From Candidatus Spongiisociaceae bacterium (GTDB taxonomy: Bacteria > Actinomycetota > Acidimicrobiia > Spongiisociales > Spongiisociaceae): a stretch of DNA of 64,000 nt. Under the pieces are notes generated by a model. That model did no database searches. It was given only the letters and a program-made list of their open reading frames with translations, and was not told where the DNA came from. Location: NCBI GenBank assembly GCA_965219685.1, contig CBDCOH010000002.1:992001-1056000 (forward strand). The letters are read 5' to 3'. The stretch's first letter is position 1; each line of letters starts with the position of its first letter. Of the stretch, positions 57,817 to 64,000 are shown piece by piece. Position numbers and translations under genes: made by a program.

Positions 57817-59586
57817 ATGGCTGACCACGACCAGGACCTAGACCTCACAAGTATCTCGGAGGCCTATGACGACTGGGAGCGGGACGAAGAACGCCGCCGA
57901 GAGGCAGCCATCCGGGATCGTGGGCACTTTGAGGGTCTTCAGATCGATCCGGACATCGACTTCTATCCCGAGGTAGCCGACCGGGAACCCGGTGACAAGA
58001 ACATCGTCAAGTGGGGATTCGACATCCATCCCCAGGTGACGTTCTACGCTGCAGGCTTCCTGCTGGTCTTCATCGCGGCCACTCTGATCTTCCCTGATGC
58101 AGCGGGCGGCGTGTTCAGCGCCATCCTCAACTTCATCAACGAGAAGGTGGGCTGGCTGTACATAATCTCGTTCAACATCTTTATCGGGGCGGCGCTCTAC
58201 TTCGCCTTGGGCAGGTACGGCAAGATCCGACTAGGCGGTCCGGGGGCCCTTCCGGAGTTCTCCACCGCCGCTTGGTACGCCATGCTGATCTCGGCCGGTC
58301 TCGGAATCGGGCTGATGTTCTGGGGTGTGGCAGAGCCGATCTTCCACCTGACGGCACCGCCTCCCCTGTTCGATGTAGAACCGTTGTCGACGGGCGCAGC
58401 TAGGGCCTCCCTGGCGACCTCCTACCTCCACTGGGGGATCCATGGATGGGCGCTGTACGGCCTGGTAGCCCTCGCATTGGGGTTCTTCGCCTACAACCGG
58501 GGATTGCCCCTTACCTTCCGTTCGGTCTTCTACCCGATTCTCGGGCCGAGGATCTACGGCGGATGGGGCAACGCCATCGACATCCTCACCGTTGTGGCCA
58601 CCCTCTTCGGTTTGGCCACCTCGCTGGGATTCGGCGCCTCACAGGCTGCCGCGGGACTGAACAAGGTCTTCGGTGTACCGGATACCCTGTTGACCCAGAT
58701 ACTGCTGATTGCCGGTATCACGGGGCTGGCCACCATCTCGGTGGTGGCGGGCTTGGACGCCGGAGTCAAGAGGCTGAGCGCGCTCAACGTATGGCTGGCC
58801 GCGGCCTTCCTCGTCTTCGTGCTTCTGGTGGGTCCCACCCTGCTGGTCCTCTCGTTGTACGTGGAGAGCATCGGGGTCTACATCCAGATCCTGCCCGAGT
58901 TCTCGTTCTGGAACGCCGCGCTGCTCGACACGCAGTGGCAGCAGTGGTGGACCATCTTCTACTGGGGATGGTGGATCTCCTGGTCCCCCTTCGTCGGTAT
59001 GTTCATCGCGCGAATCTCGAAGGGCCGCTCGGTGCGGGAGATGATCATCGGTGTGATCGTCCTTCCCTGCCTGCTGTGCTTCCTGTGGTTCGCGGTGTTC
59101 GGTGGAGCGGCCATGGATCTCCAGATGCGAGGTACGCTGGACGTGGCCACTGCCGTCAACGAGAACGTGGCGACCGCATTGTTCGTGATGCTGGAGGCCT
59201 TCCCATGGACCTTCTTCGTCTCGATAGTCGGCATCCTGCTGCTGGTCTCCTTCTTCGTCACTTCGTCGGACTCGGGATCGCTGGTGGTGGACCACCTGAC
59301 CTCGGGTGGCAAGCTTGACTCGCCCAAGCCGCAGCGCGTGTTCTGGGCGATCATGGAAGGCTTCGTGGCCATCGTGCTGCTGATCGGAGGCGGCCTGTCG
59401 GCTCTCCAGACGGCTGCCGTGGCTACCGGACTGCCATTCCTCTTCGTGCTCCTGATCATGCTGTGGAGCCTGAAGAAGGCCTTCGACGAGGAGCTCGACC
59501 TGCTCGAGAGCCACTATGACGAGGCCATCTTCCAAGCCCAGCACAGCGGTCTGATCGAGCGACTGGGAAGAGGAGGTGAACAGTGA
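57817..59586 (+). CDS. BCCT family (betaine/carnitine/choline) transporter
   Basis: GIGLMFWGVAEP, HWGIHGW, WTIFYWGWWISWSPFVGMFIARISKGR, FFVTSSDSG. Confidence 0.95.
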   Translation: MADHDQDLDLTSISEAYDDWERDEERRREAAIRDRGHFEGLQIDPDIDFYPEVADREPGDKNIVKWGFDIHPQVTFYAAGFLLVFIAATLIFPDAAGGVFSAILNFINEKVGWLYIISFNIFIGAALYFALGRYGKIRLGGPGALPEFSTAAWYAMLISAGLGIGLMFWGVAEPIFHLTAPPPLFDVEPLSTGAARASLATSYLHWGIHGWALYGLVALALGFFAYNRGLPLTFRSVFYPILGPRIYGGWGNAIDILTVVATLFGLATSLGFGASQAAAGLNKVFGVPDTLLTQILLIAGITGLATISVVAGLDAGVKRLSALNVWLAAAFLVFVLLVGPTLLVLSLYVESIGVYIQILPEFSFWNAALLDTQWQQWWTIFYWGWWISWSPFVGMFIARISKGRSVREMIIGVIVLPCLLCFLWFAVFGGAAMDLQMRGTLDVATAVNENVATALFVMLEAFPWTFFVSIVGILLLVSFFVTSSDSGSLVVDHLTSGGKLDSPKPQRVFWAIMEGFVAIVLLIGGGLSALQTAAVATGLPFLFVLLIMLWSLKKAFDEELDLLESHYDEAIFQAQHSGLIERLGRGGEQ

Positions 59587-60524
59587 TCAAGAGATCGAGC
59601 ACACTGATCGCCGCTCTAGCGGCTTTCGTGCTGATGCTTTCGGCGTGCGGCGTGCAGGACGAAGGTGGTCCCGTGTCCATGGCCCGGGCGAACTGGAGTT
59701 CCGGCTACATGCAGGCTGCCATCTACGCGCAACTGATCGAGGAGCTCGGGCACGAGGTCACCGATCCGGCGGCCGCGACCCTCAGCCCCTACTCGTTCTA
59801 TCCGGCCCTGGCTGCCGGACAGTACGACCTGTGGGCCAACGGGTGGTTCCCTCTCCACGACATCTACCTCGAGGGAGAGAACGTCACGGGCCAGGCGGTG
59901 GATCTGCCGATCGAAGCGGTTGGATGGCAAGTCGCCGACGGCGCCACTGACGGCCTGATGATCGACAAGGCCACGGCTGACAGCTACGGCATCAACTCGA
60001 TGGACGGCGTAGCCGCCAATGCCGGTCTCTTCGACGGCGACGGCGACGGCAAGGCCGACTTGTTCGGATGCAACGTCGGATGGGGTTGCGAAACCGCCAT
60101 CAACGAGCAGATCGCCGATGAGAGTTGGGGCTCCAGAGTGGAGCAGATCTCAGGCACCTATGACGATCTGGCCGCGGGGGTCGTGGGCAAGGTGAACGCC
60201 GGTGAACCGGCGCTCTTCTACGCCTGGACGCCGAACTGGACCAACACCGTCCTGGTGGCCGGGGACAACGCGGTCTGGCTGCAGTCGGCGGTCAACGACA
60301 TCCGCGCGGTGGCCAACACCGACTTCCTGGACGCAAACCCCGACATTGCCCGCCTTCTCGAGGTGGTAGCGATCCCGCTGAGCGACATCGCCGCTCAGAA
60401 CGCCAAGATGGCGGCAGCCGACGAGTACTCCGAGGCTGATGTCGCGGCCGACGCCGAGGCCTGGATCGCCTCCAACCGCGACAAGGTCGACAGTTGGCTG
60501 GAATCGGCACGAGCCGCCGGCTGA
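59583..60524 (+). CDS. ProX-like glycine betaine/proline-binding lipoprotein
   Basis: Lipobox LSAC; NGWFP, DGDGDGKADLFGCNVGWGC, YAWTP; GTGA overlap with BCCT stop and GGAGG ribosome-binding site. Confidence 0.9.
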   Translation: MIKRSSTLIAALAAFVLMLSACGVQDEGGPVSMARANWSSGYMQAAIYAQLIEELGHEVTDPAAATLSPYSFYPALAAGQYDLWANGWFPLHDIYLEGENVTGQAVDLPIEAVGWQVADGATDGLMIDKATADSYGINSMDGVAANAGLFDGDGDGKADLFGCNVGWGCETAINEQIADESWGSRVEQISGTYDDLAAGVVGKVNAGEPALFYAWTPNWTNTVLVAGDNAVWLQSAVNDIRAVANTDFLDANPDIARLLEVVAIPLSDIAAQNAKMAAADEYSEADVAADAEAWIASNRDKVDSWLESARAAG

Positions 60525-60559
60525 TAGCTCTAGAACCGAGCTAGCAAGCAGCAGAGAAC

Positions 60560-60596
60560 AAGACCCGGCTCCCCATCTCAAGGGGAGCCGGGTCTT
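60560..60596. terminator. Hairpin terminator between convergent genes
   Basis: AAGACCCGGCTCCCC-loop-GGGGAGCCGGGTCTT. Confidence 0.8.
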
Positions 60597-60624
60597 CGCG
60601 AGGTCCGCTTTTTTGGACCCTGGA

Positions 60625-61320
60625 TCATCGCCGCCATCGCAGTGCCATGAGGTGTGGGATCCCCCGATGTTTCGCCAGGATTGGGTCTCTGGTGGCCGCG
60701 CCCGAACCTACGCCCCGCTCACGCACCTCTTCCAGCATCCATCCCGATGCAGCCGCCCCGGTTAGCAGCGTCCCGATCGGTCGGTGGATGAACTCGACGA
60801 AACGGTCTCCGGCCGGGTCCCTCGTGCGGCCCGTTTTCAAGTAGTCCCCGAACCTCCAGAAGAGTTCCCCGTCAGTCGGGTCGAGCACCGGCCCCGAGTG
60901 TGGTGCGGTGTAGACCGGATGGTTGATAACCGCAGTCAGCGTTCCCCCGGGCCGGGTCACTCTCGCGGTCTCGGCGAAGAACCCTTCGGCGTTCTCGAAA
61001 TGTTCGAGCGCCAGCACCACGTACGCCCCGTCGACCGCCGCATCCCTCACGCAGGCCAGGTCCGGCAGGCGGTGGAGGAAGACCGGGTGACTACGCGCGG
61101 CGATCCCGGCCAGATCGATGTTGATGTCCACGCCGATCGCAATGGCGCCCCGCTCTGCCGTCACGTCCTGCATACGGCCGTCCCCGCATCCGAGGTCGAG
61201 CAGGACCTCGCCCGGTAGCGGCCGGAACACCTTGAGGAAGAGCGGCACCACCTCCTCCCGGTAGGCAGGATCATCGGCTTCCACCAGCCACCAGTCGGCT
61301 AGTCCGTTCCAGTCGTCCAC
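60625..61320 (-). CDS. Class I SAM-dependent methyltransferase
   Basis: LLDLGCGDG, GVDI, RVTRPGG, INHP. Confidence 0.85.
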   Translation of the reverse strand: MDDWNGLADWWLVEADDPAYREEVVPLFLKVFRPLPGEVLLDLGCGDGRMQDVTAERGAIAIGVDINIDLAGIAARSHPVFLHRLPDLACVRDAAVDGAYVVLALEHFENAEGFFAETARVTRPGGTLTAVINHPVYTAPHSGPVLDPTDGELFWRFGDYLKTGRTRDPAGDRFVEFIHRPIGTLLTGAAASGWMLEEVRERGVGSGAATRDPILAKHRGIPHLMALRWRR

Positions 61321-61372
61321 ATCGATCCCCGACTGAAGAGAGGTCGGGAACGGGATTCCGCCGGTTGCTCCT

Positions 61373-61921
61373 TCACCGTCCGAGCTCCCACTGCTTCACC
61401 ATCCGATGTTGCGCTGCTGTCTGGGGAGTCGCCATGTAACCGCCCTTCCTGTCACCCTGAAGGCGCAGTCTTTGCACCAGTTCGATCGCGGCGCCGGCCC
61501 CTGCGTAACCATGCCTCCGCAGCCAGCACCCCACCACGGTGCCCGTCCGTCCGCTCCCACCCCAGCAGTGAACGTAGACACTGCATCCGTGCTCGAGGTG
61601 CCGGTCGATCACATGGAGTGTGGTCACCATCTCCGCTGCGGCGGTCACCCCCATGTCCGGGATCTGGCGGCGAACCACCAGCGCGTGGCGGTCAGTCGCG
61701 GGGATGTCGTAGCGGTTCATGTGAGCGTCGGTGCCACCGGGATAGTCCTGGGTAAGGTTCACGAATACGTTGACACCGGCATCCAGCAATTGGGTCAGCT
61801 TGCTGCGTGACCCGACCGGGTTGGGATATGCGCCGGCAGCGAAGCGCCCGGGGACCACCCAGTAGGACCGATCGGTCGGACCGATCTCCCCTCTCCCGGC
61901 CAGCTCCAGGTCCAAGAACAT
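61373..61921 (-). CDS. Protein-tyrosine/dual-specificity phosphatase family protein
   Basis: YWVVPGRFAAGAYP, IPDMG, HCWGGSGRTG (CX5R), PQTAAQ; start uncertain. Confidence 0.85.
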   Translation of the reverse strand: MFLDLELAGRGEIGPTDRSYWVVPGRFAAGAYPNPVGSRSKLTQLLDAGVNVFVNLTQDYPGGTDAHMNRYDIPATDRHALVVRRQIPDMGVTAAAEMVTTLHVIDRHLEHGCSVYVHCWGGSGRTGTVVGCWLRRHGYAGAGAAIELVQRLRLQGDRKGGYMATPQTAAQHRMVKQWELGR

Positions 61922-61993
61922 CCGGTGACTCCCCTTCGCTCCCGCTACCGATGCGGTTGAGGCTAGAGGATCTGTTCCAAGGCTATTCCGTCC

Positions 61994-62027
61994 CCCCATT
62001 CACCATTCACCATTCACCATTCACCAT
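61994..62027. repeat. Heptamer array (CACCATT) x4-5 directly after the uvrA stop
   Basis: Minus strand reads TAG (ATGGTGA)4 ATGGGG. Confidence 0.92.
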
Positions 62028-63998
62028 CTAAAGGACGTCGCGTAGGAACTTACCCGTGTACGACAGCGGCACCTGGGCCACCTGCTCCGGTGTTCCGAGG
62101 GCGATCACGCGACCTCCCTCGTCGCCTCCTTCGGGTCCCATGTCGATCAGCCAGTCGGCGGAACGTACCACGTCGAGGTTGTGCTCGATGATGACGACCG
62201 TGTTGCCTCCGTCTACGAGCCGATGCAGGACCTGCAGCAGCTTGCGGGTGTCCTCGAAGTGGAGGCCGGTGGTGGGCTCGTCGAGGATGTACAGGGTGTT
62301 TCCAGTGGCTCGCTTGCCAAGTTCGGAAGCCAGCTTGACCCGTTGTGCCTCGCCGCCCGACAGCGTGGGAGCCGGTTGTCCGAGGCGTATGTAACCCAGT
62401 CCTACGTCGTAGATGGTCTGGAGGATGCGAGCGATGGGCGCCTGCGCTTCGAAGAAGGTGAGGGCCTCCTCCGCCGGCATGTTCAGGACGTCGGCGATGG
62501 ACATCCCTTTCCAGAGCACTTCGAGCGTGTCCCGGTTGTAGCGCCGACCCTCGCACACCTCGCACGGGACGTAGACATCGGGAAGGAAATGCATCTCGAT
62601 CTTGATGTTCCCGTCACCCCGGCAGGCCTCGCAGCGGCCGCCCCGGACGTTGAAGGAGAAGCGGCCCGGAAGGTAGCCGCGGGCCCTTGCCTCCGGGGTC
62701 GACGAGAAGAGCTTTCTGATCCGGTCGAACACTTTCGTGTAGGTAGCGGCGTTGGACCTGGGGGTTCGGCCGATCGGCGATTGGTCGATGTTGATCGCCT
62801 TGTCCAGTTGCTCCGCGCCTTCGATACGGCGGTGGCGGCCGGGGACGGCCCTCGACCGGTAGAGCTTGTGGTGGAGGGCCTTCGAGAGGATCTCCTGGAC
62901 AAGGGTGGACTTCCCGCTCCCCGACACTCCGGTCACGGCGATGAGCTTCCCCAGCGGGAAGGTGACGTCCAAGTGGCGTAGATTGTTCTCGGCCGCGCCG
63001 ACCACGGTCAGGGTACGCCCGTCTCCCTCTCGCCGACGGTCCGGTGTGGGGATGCGGCGGCGGCCGGCCAGGTAGTCGCCGGTTATCGACGTCGGCTCGG
63101 CGACGATGCCTGCCACGTCCCCTTCCGCGACGACATGGCCGCCATGTTCCCCGGCTCCCGGTCCCAGGTCGACCACGTAGTCTGCGGTACGAATGGTCTC
63201 CTCGTCGTGCTCCACCACGATCAGCGTGTTGCCCAGGTCCCGGAGCCGGAGCAGGGTCTCCAGGAGGCGCCGGTTGTCGCGCTGGTGGAGTCCTATCGAG
63301 GGTTCGTCCAAGACATAGAGCACTCCCACCAGGCCCGAGCCGATCTGTGTCGCCAGCCTGATCCGCTGGGCCTCTCCGCCGGATAGGGTGGCCGCTCCCC
63401 GGTACAGGGTCAGGTAGTCGAGGCCCACGTCGAGGAGGAACCGGAGGCGGGCGCGGATCTCCTTGATCACCGGCTCGGCGATCGTGGCGTCGCGGCGGTT
63501 CAACTCCAGGCTCTCCAGGACGTCGAGGGTCTTGCGGATCGAGCGCCGGCACAACTCGAATATGTTGAGGCCGTTGACGGTCACCGCCATCGACACCGGA
63601 TTCAGGCGGGCGCCACCGCACGCCGGGCACGGGACCTCTCGCATGTATTCCTCGTAATGCGCCCGGGCATTCTCGGACTCGGTCTGTTCGTGACGCCGCC
63701 GCAGCACGGGGATCACCCCTTCATATTTTGCCCTGTAGCGCCTGCGCCGACCGAATCGGTTGGTGAACGACACCCGGATGGACAGATCCCCGGTGCCGTA
63801 CAGCACCGCCTGCTGATCCTCCTCGTCGAGCGCGTGGAAGGGTGTGTTCACGTCGAATCCGAGTTCGTCGGCCAGGCCCCTGAGAAGGTGATGGAAGTAA
63901 CGGTTACGGTTGTCGGACCAGGGGGCGATCACCCCCTCGGCAATGGAGAGTTCGTCGTCCGGGATCACCAGCAGGGGGTCCACCTCGAACTTGGTTCC
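62028..63998 (-). CDS. uvrA: Excinuclease ABC subunit A, 5' end outside window
   Basis: Two LSGGEAQR signatures, [19 protein letters not shown], Zn fingers. Confidence 0.97.
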   Translation of the reverse strand, partial: GTKFEVDPLLVIPDDELSIAEGVIAPWSDNRNRYFHHLLRGLADELGFDVNTPFHALDEEDQQAVLYGTGDLSIRVSFTNRFGRRRRYRAKYEGVIPVLRRRHEQTESENARAHYEEYMREVPCPACGGARLNPVSMAVTVNGLNIFELCRRSIRKTLDVLESLELNRRDATIAEPVIKEIRARLRFLLDVGLDYLTLYRGAATLSGGEAQRIRLATQIGSGLVGVLYVLDEPSIGLHQRDNRRLLETLLRLRDLGNTLIVVEHDEETIRTADYVVDLGPGAGEHGGHVVAEGDVAGIVAEPTSITGDYLAGRRRIPTPDRRREGDGRTLTVVGAAENNLRHLDVTFPLGKLIAVTGVSGSGKSTLVQEILSKALHHKLYRSRAVPGRHRRIEGAEQLDKAINIDQSPIGRTPRSNAATYTKVFDRIRKLFSSTPEARARGYLPGRFSFNVRGGRCEACRGDGNIKIEMHFLPDVYVPCEVCEGRRYNRDTLEVLWKGMSIADVLNMPAEEALTFFEAQAPIARILQTIYDVGLGYIRLGQPAPTLSGGEAQRVKLASELGKRATGNTLYILDEPTTGLHFEDTRKLLQVLHRLVDGGNTVVIIEHNLDVVRSADWLIDMGPEGGDEGGRVIALGTPEQVAQVPLSYTGKFLRDVL

Positions 63999-64000
63999 CA

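Overview
GC-rich bacterial chromosome segment, most likely Actinomycetota of the Acidimicrobiia type. This is inferred from the mycothiol-type formaldehyde dehydrogenase/MBL pair, the Thr/Pro-rich lipoprotein linkers and the uvrC-rapZ-pgk-tpiA-secG backbone. It holds: a catabolic/uptake block (CocE hydrolase, PrpD, SnoaL, LLM oxidoreductase, Dpp-type ABC importer, cupin, amidase, alpha/beta hydrolase, FAD oxidoreductase); an MtaA/CmuA methyltransferase plus corrinoid protein; a compact pur operon (purL-Q-C-E-K-F-D-M-N); further hydrolases and ABC systems; tRNA-Leu(GAG); glycolytic genes; and uvrC plus partial uvrA. Four observations stand out. (1) Between uvrC and uvrA lies a GluR0-like ligand-gated K+ channel with an extra N-terminal ProX (glycine-betaine-binding) domain, divergent from a BCCT transporter translationally coupled to a second, stand-alone ProX lipoprotein. 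This is a candidate osmolyte-sensing channel/transporter system. (2) 7-bp tandem arrays occur throughout, most of them starting at stop codons; a complementary pair brackets a four-helix-bundle (IVS-protein-like) gene. (3) Two dispersed non-coding repeats occur (about 255 bp and about 75 bp). (4) An ABC importer has reciprocally degenerate ATPases, and another has a binding protein fused to its permease. All calls rest on motif reading by eye; no database searches were run, and several start codons are best guesses.
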